Positions 31,896 to 39,915 of a stretch of 47,750 nucleotides of DNA are shown piece after piece. This DNA is from Gaiellaceae bacterium (GTDB taxonomy: Bacteria; Actinomycetota; Thermoleophilia; Gaiellales; Gaiellaceae). The notes under the pieces are model-generated. The model worked only from the letters and a program-made list of their open reading frames with translations. It ran no database searches and was not told the origin of the DNA. Within the stretch, counting starts at the first letter, position 1. Every line of letters begins with the position of its first letter. Location: the NCBI GenBank assembly GCA_035514455.1, contig DATKBA010000046.1, positions 1-47,750 of the forward strand, given 5' to 3'. The position numbers and the translations under genes were made by a program.

Positions 31896-32723
31896 ATGGA
31901 GCGGATTCGGATCGGGCCGGCACGCTGTCCTTCCCGGGAGTCGCCCGAGCTCGCCGTCGAGCTCCTGCTCGAGCGCGGCTACACCGCCTGCGAGCTCGAC
32001 CTGGAGAGCGGCTTCTGGCTCGACTACCCGTGGGCGGAGCGGCTCGGCGGGCTCGCCCGCGAGGCCGGGGTCGCGCTCTCGGTGCACGCGCCGCTGTTCG
32101 CGTTCCCCGGCCACCCGGACGCGAAGAAGTCGAAGATGGCCCTCGGCGCGCTCGACCGCAGCGCCGGGATCGCGGCCGCCGCCGGCGCCGAGGTGGTCGT
32201 GATCCACCCCGGCTTCTGGCTCGGCCGCGAGCGCGCGCAGGCGATCGAGGACGTGGTCGCCTGGCTGGGCGCCCTGCGGGAGCGGCTCGAGCAGAAGGAC
32301 CGGCTCGTCGCGTTCGGCGTCGAGGTGATGGGCCGCGTCAGCGAGCTCGGCTCGATCGACGACGTGCTCGAGATCTCCGCGCTCGCGCCGTGGGTGCGGC
32401 CCGTGATCGACTTCGCGCACATGCACGCCACCTCCGACGGCGCCTTCACCGACGTCGAGGCGTTCGCCGCGGTGCTCGAGGCCGCGGACGGCGTGCTCGC
32501 ACCCGGCGCCCCCTTCCACATCCACTTCTCGGACATCGCCTGGGCGAACCGGAACGAGACGAAGCACCTGCCCTACGGAGAAGGGAGCCTGCGTGCGGAG
32601 CCCCTGCGGGATGCGCTCGCCCGCTTCGAGCGGCCGGCGACCGTGATCTCGGAGTCGCCCGACGAGGCCTCGTCGCAGGCGATCCGGGCCGTGCTCTACG
32701 CGGGAGCCAGCGCCGCGTCGTAG
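31896..32723 (+). CDS. Xylose-isomerase-like TIM barrel / AP endonuclease family 2 (endonuclease IV-like)
   Basis: 275 aa with metal-ligand contexts SVHAP, VVVIHPG, IDFAHMHA and HIHFSDI. TACGGT lies 8 nt before ATG 31896. Confidence 0.78.
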   Translation: MERIRIGPARCPSRESPELAVELLLERGYTACELDLESGFWLDYPWAERLGGLAREAGVALSVHAPLFAFPGHPDAKKSKMALGALDRSAGIAAAAGAEVVVIHPGFWLGRERAQAIEDVVAWLGALRERLEQKDRLVAFGVEVMGRVSELGSIDDVLEISALAPWVRPVIDFAHMHATSDGAFTDVEAFAAVLEAADGVLAPGAPFHIHFSDIAWANRNETKHLPYGEGSLRAEPLRDALARFERPATVISESPDEASSQAIRAVLYAGASAAS

Positions 32724-35623
32724 CCTGCGAGCTCCGATTCGATCTCCTCGGCCTCCTCGACCCGCTCGCGCTCGCGCAGGAACCGCGCCAGCGCCGCCAG
32801 CAGCTCGCGGCGGATCAGCCTGAGGTCCTTCCCCTCGACGATCTCGACCGCGTCGCGCAGGAGCGCCTCCGCCTCCTCATCCCGTCCCTGCGCCGCCCGG
32901 ACGATCCCGAGCGCCATCCGCGTCGTCGCGCGGGAGATCGTGTCGTGCGACCCGACCGTCTCGCGCGCCTCCAGCGCGTAGCGCTCGGCCTCGTCGACCT
33001 TGCCCCGGGCGACGAGCACCTGGGCGAGCCCGCGCTGGCTCTCGCAGAGAGTGCCGCGGTCCTCGAGCGGCTGGAGGATGCGGATCGCGTCGCGGAAGCG
33101 CCGATCGGCCGCGGTCAGGTCGCCACGGCGCCGCTCGACCCAGCCGTAGTGGTTGCTCACCCGCGCGAGCGCCCACGCGTTGCCGGACTGGGAGAAGTGC
33201 TCCTCGGCCCGGTCGAGCCCCGCTGCCGCCTCGTCCAGCCGGCCGCGCAGCGCGTCGATGCGCGCCTGCGAGACGAGCGCCCAGCCGAGCGCGGTGATGT
33301 TGCCGCTCTCCTCGGCGAGCTCGACCGCCTCGCGAACGAGCGAGGAGGCGCGGTCGAGGTCGAGCCGCGCGATCGCAGAGCTCGCCAGCTCGTCGGCGGC
33401 ACTCGCCTCGAGGTCCTTGCGGCCGGTCTGCCTCGCCACCTCGAGCGCCTTCCCCGTCCAGCGCTCGTCGTCGTCGAGGTCGCCGAGCCACCAGCCGATC
33501 CGGGCGCGCATCGAGAGCGCCTCGTAGCGGTCCTCGGGCTTCGCGTCCTCGAGCAGCACGAGCGCCTGCTCGACGAGCTCGCGGCCGCGCGGAAGGTCGG
33601 CGTCGCGGAGAAGGGCGTTCTCGGCGAGGCCCGTCAGGGCGAGGCCCTGCAGCCGGGTTTCGCCGGCTGCCGACGCCTCGTTGAAGACGCGCTCCATCTC
33701 GACGGCCTGAGCCGGCAGGTCGGCGATTCGCCTGGCCGCGCGCGCGGCGAGGAAGCGCCGCTGCAGCGTCGGCTCGAGCTCGACGGCCCGCACGAGCAGG
33801 CGGCGCGCGGACTGGTTCGCCTCGCGGGCGAGCGCGCGGCGTCCCGCCTTCTCGAGCGCCTCGGCGGCGCGCGCCGCGAGCTCCGGAGGCGCGGACCCGT
33901 CGAGCTCCTCGTGCAGCGTGGCCGCCTGGTCGAGGTGGTAGGCGCGGATCTCGACGAGCTCCTCGCCGGCCGTCTCGCGCAGCCAGTCGGCGACGAGCTG
34001 GTGCAGCTCGGCGCGCGCGCCCTTGGCGAGGCCCGCGTAGGCGACGTCGCGGATCAGCACGTGCTTGAACCGGTAGGCGCGCTCGCCGGAGATCGAGGAG
34101 CGGCCCTCGCGGATGACGAAGTCGCGCTGGAGGAGGTCGTCGAGCACCGGCTTCAGCTCGTCGAGCTCGGGCATCAGGTGGGCGACGGTGCCCTCCCAGA
34201 AGATCCGGCCAACCACCGAGGCGCGCTGGAGAACCCGCTTCTCGTTCCGGGGCAGCCGGTCGATGCGGGCCGCGATCATCGCCTGGAGCGTGTCCGGGAT
34301 CCGCTTCGACGAGGTCCCGCCCTCCAGCAGCATCCGGGTCGTCTCCTCGACGAAGAGCGGGTTGCCCTCGGTCTTCTCGAGCAGCGCCGTCCGCTCGGCG
34401 CTCGAAAGCTCCCGGTCCGCGAGCAGCGCGTCCAGCAGCTCCTCGCTCTCGGCGGGGGCGAGCGGCTCGAGCTCGATCGCGGTCGCGCGCAGCCGGCCGC
34501 CGCCCCAACCCGGCCGGATGTCGAGCAGCTCCGGGCGCGCGAGGCAGACGATCAGCAGCGGCGCGTCCTTGACGCGCTCGGCGAGGTGCTCGACCAGCTC
34601 GAGCAGCGGCTCCTCGGCCCAGTGCACGTCCTCGAAGACGAGGATCAGAGGCTGCGCGTCGGCCAGCTCGGCCGCCCACTCGCGCGCCGCCCACGCGATC
34701 TCCTGCTGGCTGCGCTCGGTCTCGATCCCCTCGAGCACGCCTGCCGCGAGCGCGAGCAGGTCGGCGACCGCGTCGTCGCCGCAGCACGCGCGCAGCTTGC
34801 CCACCGCCTCCTGGACGGGGTCGTCGTCCGTGATCCCGGCCGCGACCTTGACCATCTCGGCCACCGGCCAGTAGGTGACGCCCTCGCCGTAGGGCAGCGA
34901 CCGGCCGACGAGGATCGTCGCACCCTCGACGCCGTCGACGAACTCGCGCGCGAGCCGGCTCTTGCCGACGCCCGGCTCCCCGTAGATCGTGAACAGGTGC
35001 GCCCGCCGGTCGCGCACGACCCGCGCGAGCGTGTTCTCGAGGAGCTCCAGCTCATAGTCGCGGCCGACGAACCCCGCCGCGACGGAGGGCGCGCGGCCGT
35101 CGCTCTCGAGGAGGCCGGTGAGCCGCCAGGCGAGCAGCGGCTCGCCGAAGCCCTTCAGGTCGAGCGGGCCCACTTCCTCGGTGTCGACCGTGCCGAGCGT
35201 CAGGCGGCGCGCGAACGGGCCGACGAGGATCTCGCCCGGCTGCGCGGCCTGCTGCAGGCGGGCGGCGACGTTGACGGCCTCCCCGGTCGCGAACGTCGAC
35301 TCGGCCTCGTCCGCGACGACCTCCCCCGCCTCGACGCCGAGACGCGCCTCGAGGCCGAGGCCGTGCACCGAGTCGAGGATCGCCGACGCCGCCCGCAGGG
35401 CGCGCTCGGCGTCGTCCTCGTGTGCCTGCGGGATCCCGAAGGCGGCCATCACGGCGTCGCCGGCGAACTTCTCGACGATCCCGCCGTGGGTCGCGATGCA
35501 GTGGGAGACGTGCTCGAAGAAGGAGTTGACGCGGCGGCGGACGACCTCCGGATCGCGCGCGGCGACGAGCTCCGTCGAGCCGACGAGGTCGACGAAGAGC
35601 ACGGTTGCGAGCTTGCGTTCCAC
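32696..35623 (-). CDS. Class III adenylate/guanylate cyclase domain fused to a STAND/AAA ATPase and TPR repeats
   Basis: The N-terminus VLFVDLVGSTEL...KFAGDAVMAAFG...GEAVNVAARL is a cyclase domain. Next comes the Walker A motif IYGEPGVGKSRLA, and then about 550 aa of TPR-like helical repeats. No C-terminal HTH is seen. Confidence 0.88.
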   Translation of the reverse strand: MERKLATVLFVDLVGSTELVAARDPEVVRRRVNSFFEHVSHCIATHGGIVEKFAGDAVMAAFGIPQAHEDDAERALRAASAILDSVHGLGLEARLGVEAGEVVADEAESTFATGEAVNVAARLQQAAQPGEILVGPFARRLTLGTVDTEEVGPLDLKGFGEPLLAWRLTGLLESDGRAPSVAAGFVGRDYELELLENTLARVVRDRRAHLFTIYGEPGVGKSRLAREFVDGVEGATILVGRSLPYGEGVTYWPVAEMVKVAAGITDDDPVQEAVGKLRACCGDDAVADLLALAAGVLEGIETERSQQEIAWAAREWAAELADAQPLILVFEDVHWAEEPLLELVEHLAERVKDAPLLIVCLARPELLDIRPGWGGGRLRATAIELEPLAPAESEELLDALLADRELSSAERTALLEKTEGNPLFVEETTRMLLEGGTSSKRIPDTLQAMIAARIDRLPRNEKRVLQRASVVGRIFWEGTVAHLMPELDELKPVLDDLLQRDFVIREGRSSISGERAYRFKHVLIRDVAYAGLAKGARAELHQLVADWLRETAGEELVEIRAYHLDQAATLHEELDGSAPPELAARAAEALEKAGRRALAREANQSARRLLVRAVELEPTLQRRFLAARAARRIADLPAQAVEMERVFNEASAAGETRLQGLALTGLAENALLRDADLPRGRELVEQALVLLEDAKPEDRYEALSMRARIGWWLGDLDDDERWTGKALEVARQTGRKDLEASAADELASSAIARLDLDRASSLVREAVELAEESGNITALGWALVSQARIDALRGRLDEAAAGLDRAEEHFSQSGNAWALARVSNHYGWVERRRGDLTAADRRFRDAIRILQPLEDRGTLCESQRGLAQVLVARGKVDEAERYALEARETVGSHDTISRATTRMALGIVRAAQGRDEEAEALLRDAVEIVEGKDLRLIRRELLAALARFLRERERVEEAEEIESELAGYDAALAPA

Positions 35624-35629
35624 CCCGTG

Positions 35630-35672
35630 ATTGTAGTTACGAGGGTCGGCCTCACCGAGCTTGCGCTAGCGT
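35630..35672. promoter_or_regulatory. Back-to-back leaderless -10 boxes: TACAAT (minus, 35630-35635) and TAGCGT (plus, 35667-35672)
   Basis: Each hexamer lies exactly 6 nt upstream of its start codon (GTG 35623 minus, ATG 35679 plus) in a 55-bp divergent spacer. No Shine-Dalgarno is present on either side. Confidence 0.5.
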
Positions 35673-35678
35673 CAGCGC

Positions 35679-37025
35679 ATGCTCGACCCCAAGGCATTCA
35701 AGGCCTACGACGTCCGCGGCGTCCACCCGTCCGAGCTGGACGAGGAGGGCGCGTACGCGATCGGCCGCGCCTACGTCGAGCAGTTCGAGCCGCGCCGGAT
35801 CGCCGTCGGCCGCGACATGCGCGTCTCCTCCCCCTCGATGGCGGCCGCGCTGGTCGAAGGCGCGCGCGACGGCGGCGCCGACGTCCTCGACCTCGGGATG
35901 GTCGGGACGGAGATGCTCTACTTCGCCGTCGGCGAGCTCGGGCTCGAAGGCGGCGTGTGCGTGACCGCCTCGCACAATCCCAAGGAGTACACCGGGATGA
36001 AGATCGTCCGCGCCGGCGCGCTTCCGGTCGGCGGCGAGTCGGGCCTGTTCGACGTGCGCGACCGGGCACTCGGGCTTGTGTCTGATAGACACAAGGCTCC
36101 GTCGCGCGGCTCCGTCGAGGAGCACGACATCTGGCCGGCGTTCGTCGAGAAGGTGCTCTCCTTCGTCGACCTCGAGGCGCTGCGGCCGCTGCGCGTCGTG
36201 ATCGACGCGGCGAACGGGATGGCCGGCGCGATGCTGCCGCCGGTGCTCGAGCGCCTGCCGATCGAGGCCGTCACCTGCTACTTCGAGCCCGACGGCACCT
36301 TCCCGAACCACGAGCCGAACCCGCTCCTGCCCGAGAACCGCGAGTTCATCATCGCCAAGACGCGCGAGGAGGGCGCCGACTTCGGGGTCGCGTACGACGG
36401 CGACGCCGACCGCTGCTTCTTCGTCGACGACACCGGCGAGTTCGTCCCGGGCGACTTCGTGACCGCGCTCCTGGCCGAGACGATCCTCGCCAAGGAGGGC
36501 GGCGGCAAGGTGATCTACGACGTGCGCGCGAGCCGGGCGGTGCCCGAGACGATCGAGCGCGCCGGCGGCACGGCGCTCGTCAACCGCGTCGGCCACGCGT
36601 ACATCAAGCACCGGATGCGCGAGGAGGGCGCCGTCTTCGGCGGCGAGGTCTCGGCCCACTACTACTTCCGCGACTTCTCCCAGGCCGACTCGGGCGTCGT
36701 CCCCTTCCTCCTCCTGCTCGAGCTCGTCTCGAAGCGCGGGCGGAAGCTGTCGGAGATCCTCGCCCCCTACCGCGAGCGGTTCTTCCTCACCGGCGAGATC
36801 AACACGCCGGTTGCCGACGTGCCGCAGAAGCTCCGGGAGCTGGAGGAGCGCTACGCCGACGGCCGCATCACGCATCTCGACGGGATCTCCGTCGACTACG
36901 ACGACTGGCACTTCAACGTCCGCCCGTCCAACACCGAGCCGCTGCTGCGGCTCAACCTGGAGGCGTCCTCGCAGGCGCTGCTGGACGAGAAGCGGGACGA
37001 GGTGCTGGGGCTGATCCGCTCGTGA
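35679..37025 (+). CDS. manB: Phosphomannomutase/phosphoglucomutase
   Basis: Phosphoserine loop TASHNPKEYTGMK, metal loop GVAYDGDADRC, and sugar and phosphate loops are all present. Confidence 0.93.
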   Translation: MLDPKAFKAYDVRGVHPSELDEEGAYAIGRAYVEQFEPRRIAVGRDMRVSSPSMAAALVEGARDGGADVLDLGMVGTEMLYFAVGELGLEGGVCVTASHNPKEYTGMKIVRAGALPVGGESGLFDVRDRALGLVSDRHKAPSRGSVEEHDIWPAFVEKVLSFVDLEALRPLRVVIDAANGMAGAMLPPVLERLPIEAVTCYFEPDGTFPNHEPNPLLPENREFIIAKTREEGADFGVAYDGDADRCFFVDDTGEFVPGDFVTALLAETILAKEGGGKVIYDVRASRAVPETIERAGGTALVNRVGHAYIKHRMREEGAVFGGEVSAHYYFRDFSQADSGVVPFLLLLELVSKRGRKLSEILAPYRERFFLTGEINTPVADVPQKLRELEERYADGRITHLDGISVDYDDWHFNVRPSNTEPLLRLNLEASSQALLDEKRDEVLGLIRS

Positions 37026-37480
37026 ACCCCGAGCTTGGCCGCGTCACCGACCGGAAGCCGCCGTTCAAGTACTCGGCGATCGCCCGCGTGTGGTTCTCGG
37101 ACACGGACGCGCAGGGAGTCGTCTACTACGGCCGCTACCTGCCGTACTTCGACCACGCGCGCACGGAGTACCACCGCCACCTCGGCGGGTCGGGCCCCTG
37201 GATCGCCGGCCGCGACTTCGTCATGCGCGCGTCGTCGGTCGAGTACCACGCGCCGGCGCGCTTCGACGACCTGCTCGAGATCTTCGTCCGGCTGGCCCGG
37301 ATCGGCCGGACGAGCGCGACCTACGAGTGCGCCGCCTACCGGATGGCCGACGACGAGCTGATGGTGACGGCGACGCAGACGCTCGTCCTGATCGACGTCG
37401 CCGAGCGCCGCGCGGCCGAGATCCCGCAGGCCTACCGCGAGCTGATGCGCTCCTTCGAAGGCGACGACCTCGAAGCGTGA
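37022..37480 (+). CDS. 4HBT-fold acyl-CoA thioesterase (YbgC/FadM-like)
   Basis: VWFSDTDAQGVVYYGRYLPYFDHARTEY hotdog motif. GTG 37022 overlaps the manB stop (GTGA). Confidence 0.85.
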   Translation: MNPELGRVTDRKPPFKYSAIARVWFSDTDAQGVVYYGRYLPYFDHARTEYHRHLGGSGPWIAGRDFVMRASSVEYHAPARFDDLLEIFVRLARIGRTSATYECAAYRMADDELMVTATQTLVLIDVAERRAAEIPQAYRELMRSFEGDDLEA

Positions 37481-37556
37481 GCCTCGGGCTCGGGATCTCT
37501 CCCAACACCGCCCGTCACCGAACCGGGAGCGAAGCGACCCTTCAGGGGTCTTGCGC

Positions 37557-37588
37557 GGAACGGGATCTGCTCCCGCAGATCCCGTTCC
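37557..37588. other. Perfect 14-bp stem / 4-nt loop hairpin GGAACGGGATCTGC-TCCC-GCAGATCCCGTTCC in a 330-bp intergenic region
   Basis: Read directly from the sequence. A second stem follows (GCGCCCGTCC 37612-37621 with GGACGGGCGC 37638-37647). There is no downstream U-tract on either strand. Confidence 0.4.
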
Positions 37589-37712
37589 CTGCGCCAAAAA
37601 ACCAGGGCGGCGCGCCCGTCCGAGATGTGGCCTCTCTGGACGGGCGCCGCAGCTGCCCGCGACCCCTCTCCCCTTGCCTTTCTCGTTGTAGTGAGATCCG
37701 CGGCGGCGTCCA

Positions 37713-37762
37713 TCCCTTGATCGAGGTAACCCCCTCGTTCGAGGGACGATCCCTCGTTCGAG
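37713..37762 (+). promoter_or_regulatory. Three direct 13-mer repeats TCCCT(T/C)G(A/T)TCGAG at 18-19 bp spacing
   Basis: TCCCTTGATCGAG (37713-37725), CCCCTCGTTCGAG (37731-37743) and TCCCTCGTTCGAG (37750-37762). They lie 50-100 bp upstream of the mprA-like start. Confidence 0.4.
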
Positions 37763-37773
37763 TGATTCGCGTT

Positions 37774-37792
37774 TCTTAGGCCGCTCTCATCT
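37774..37792 (+). promoter_or_regulatory. MprA-box-like direct repeat pair TCTTAGGC-CGC-TCTCATCT at the -35 position of the mprA-like gene
   Basis: 8-mer + 3-nt spacer + 8-mer, so the period is 11 bp. It ends 7 nt before a CACAAT -10-like box (37800-37805), which lies 6 nt before GTG 37812. Confidence 0.4.
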
Positions 37793-37811
37793 CCATCCGC
37801 ACAATGGTCCC

Positions 37812-38486
37812 GTGAAGATCCTCGTCGTCGACGACGACCCGGCCGTCCGGGAGTCGCTCCGCCGCGCGCTCCAGCTGGAGGGCTACGACGTCGAGCTCGC
37901 GGGCGACGGCGAACAGGCGCTCGAGCGGGTGGGCGCGGACGGGATCGACGCGCTCCTCCTCGACGTCTCGATGCCCCGGCTGGACGGGCTCGAGGCCTGC
38001 CGGCGCCTGCGCAGCGCCGGCAACGCCCTCCCCGTCCTCATGCTGACCGCCCGCGACGAGATCGAGGACCGGGTCGCGGGGCTCGACGCCGGCGCGGACG
38101 ACTACGTGGTCAAGCCGTTCGCGCTCGAGGAGCTGCTCGCCCGCCTGCGCGCGCTGCTCCGCCGGGTGACGCCGCAGGACGAGAGCGAGGTCCTCCGCTT
38201 CGCCGACCTCGAGCTCGACCCGGCGACGCGCGAGGTGCGAAGGGCGGGCGACCCGATCGAGCTGACGAGGACCGAGTTCTCGCTGCTCGAACTGTTTCTC
38301 CTCAACCCGCGCCAGGTGCTCACGCGGTCGGTCATCTTCGAGCGCGTCTGGGGGTACGACTTCGGCTTCGGCTCGAACTCGCTCGACGTCTACATCGGCT
38401 ACCTGCGCCGCAAGACGGAGGCGGGCGGTGGACCGCGGCTGATCCAGACGATCCGCGGCGTCGGCTACGCCCTCCGCGAGGCATGA
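37812..38486 (+). CDS. mprA: OmpR-family response regulator, MprA-like
   Basis: [19 protein letters not shown]...[12 protein letters not shown]...LTARD...[25 protein letters not shown]...[13 protein letters not shown]...IRGVGY aligns closely along its whole length with M. tuberculosis MprA as I recall it. Confidence 0.9.
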   Translation: MKILVVDDDPAVRESLRRALQLEGYDVELAGDGEQALERVGADGIDALLLDVSMPRLDGLEACRRLRSAGNALPVLMLTARDEIEDRVAGLDAGADDYVVKPFALEELLARLRALLRRVTPQDESEVLRFADLELDPATREVRRAGDPIELTRTEFSLLELFLLNPRQVLTRSVIFERVWGYDFGFGSNSLDVYIGYLRRKTEAGGGPRLIQTIRGVGYALREA

Positions 38487-39826
38487 GCTTCCGCGCCCGC
38501 CTCACCGTCGCCGCCGCGGCGGCGGTCGCCGTCGCGGTCGTCGCGGCCTCCGCGCTGACCTACGTGCTCGTGCGCAACGAGCTGCGCAACCAGGTGGACG
38601 AGACGCTGCGGACGCGGGCGGCTGCGCTCCCCAGCCTGCGCCTGCTCGGCGATCCCGACGGGGAGCAGTTCCTCGGCATCCCGCCGGAGCGCTTCGGCGG
38701 CGTCGCCGTCTTCACCCAGCTCGTGCGCGCCGACGGCGAGGCGATCACGCCGCCGCGGACGACGGCGGAGCTGCCCGTGTCGGAGCGCGCGGAGCAGGCG
38801 GCCCGGGGCGAGATCGACGAGGCGTTCTTCGAAGAGGCCCGCGTGCTGGGCACGCACGTGCGCATCCTCACCCTGCCGCTCCGCGACGGCGGCTATGCGC
38901 TCCAGGTCGCGCGCTCGCTGGAGGAGATGGACAGCGTGCTCGACCGCATGCGCCGCTACCTGCTCGCGATCGCGCTCGCCGGGATCGGCCTCGCGGCCGG
39001 GCTGGGGCTGCTCGTGGCGCGGGCGGTGCTCGCGCCCGTGCAACGGCTGACGCGCACGGCCGAGGAGGTCTCGGAGACGCGCGACCTCTCCCGCCGGATC
39101 GACACCTCGGGCACGGACGAGCTGTCGCGGCTCGCGGCGACCTTCAACACGATGCTGGGAGCCCTCGAGGACTCGGCGCGCGCGCAGCGACAGCTCGTCT
39201 CGGACGCGTCGCACGAGCTGCGTACACCGCTGACGAGCCTGCGCACGAACATCGAGGTGCTCAGCCGCGACGAGGCCCTGCCGCCGGGCGACCGCGAGCT
39301 GCTCCTGCGCGACGTCACCGAGCAGCTGACGGAGATGACCGGCCTGATCGCGGAGCTCGTCGAGCTCGCCCGTGGCGACCAGGCGCCCCGCGAGCCGGAG
39401 GACGTCCGGCTCGACCTCGTCACCGCCGACGCGATCGAGCGAACGCGCCGCAACCGGCCGGGCGTGGAGTTCAGAGCGGAGCTGGAGGAGTCGCCCATCC
39501 GCGGCGTCCCCCTGACGATCGAGCGCGCGGTCTCGAACCTGCTCGACAACGCGGCCAAGTGGAGCCCGCCGGGCGGCGAGGTGCACGTCTCCGTCCGCGG
39601 AGGCGAGGTCGTCGTGCGCGACCACGGTCCCGGGATCGACGAGGTCGACCTCCCGTTCGTCTTCGACCGCTTCTACCGGGCGTCCTCCGCGCGCGGCCTG
39701 CCCGGCTCAGGGCTCGGCCTCGCGATCGTCCGGCAGGTGGCGGACGCCCACGGCGGCACGGTCACGGCGGAGCGCGCCGAGGGCGGAGGCACCCGGATGC
39801 GCCTCACCCTGCCCGGGGACTCTTAG
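38483..39826 (+). CDS. mprB: Sensor histidine kinase, MprB-like (2 TM, HAMP, HisKA, HATPase)
   Basis: ATGA overlap with the regulator. H-box [14 protein letters not shown]. HATPase region DHGPGI...[12 protein letters not shown]. Confidence 0.9.
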   Translation: MSFRARLTVAAAAAVAVAVVAASALTYVLVRNELRNQVDETLRTRAAALPSLRLLGDPDGEQFLGIPPERFGGVAVFTQLVRADGEAITPPRTTAELPVSERAEQAARGEIDEAFFEEARVLGTHVRILTLPLRDGGYALQVARSLEEMDSVLDRMRRYLLAIALAGIGLAAGLGLLVARAVLAPVQRLTRTAEEVSETRDLSRRIDTSGTDELSRLAATFNTMLGALEDSARAQRQLVSDASHELRTPLTSLRTNIEVLSRDEALPPGDRELLLRDVTEQLTEMTGLIAELVELARGDQAPREPEDVRLDLVTADAIERTRRNRPGVEFRAELEESPIRGVPLTIERAVSNLLDNAAKWSPPGGEVHVSVRGGEVVVRDHGPGIDEVDLPFVFDRFYRASSARGLPGSGLGLAIVRQVADAHGGTVTAERAEGGGTRMRLTLPGDS

Positions 39827-39861
39827 GCACTTCTTAGCCGCGTCTCAGGCCGGGCTTAGGA
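39821..39861 (+). promoter_or_regulatory. Array of four 8-mer direct repeats (T/G)CT(T/C)AG(G/C)(C/A) with exact 11-bp phasing (candidate MprA-type binding array)
   Basis: TCTTAGGC 39821, TCTTAGCC 39832, TCTCAGGC 39843 and GCTTAGGA 39854. The CTYAG cores start at 39822, 39833, 39844 and 39855. The array lies between the kinase stop and the LTXXQ gene. Confidence 0.5.
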
Positions 39862-39915
39862 ACGGCTGCTCTCCTGGGAGACGAGAGACAGCACGCCCAC
39901 GAGAAGGAGCAGACG

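Noticed and set aside
28805-36085. Long ORFs 28805..31858 (minus, 1017 aa), 31646..36085 (plus, 1479 aa) and 32877..34787 (minus, 636 aa)
   Set aside because: The composition is off-frame shadow. The real content is ccmE, ccmF, the small TM protein, the TIM-barrel protein and the cyclase-STAND-TPR gene.
37557-37603. Rho-independent terminator for the thioesterase or for a minus-strand transcript
   Set aside because: The 14-bp hairpin is followed on the plus strand by CTGCGCCAAAAAACC, which is an A-run rather than a U-run. On the minus strand the T-run precedes the stem rather than following it. It is not a canonical intrinsic terminator in either direction.
37221-37779. Track ORFs in the long intergenic region (37432..37713 minus, 37221..37508 minus, 37090..37779 plus)
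   Set aside because: They are Arg/Gly/Pro/Ser-rich with no coding periodicity beyond the thioesterase gene, no plausible starts and no motifs. I treat the region as non-coding.
39859-39885. ECF SigE-type promoter (GGAAC-N16-18-GTT) downstream of the repeat array
   Set aside because: GGAAC is present at 39859-39863, but no GTT or CGTT element occurs at the required spacing.
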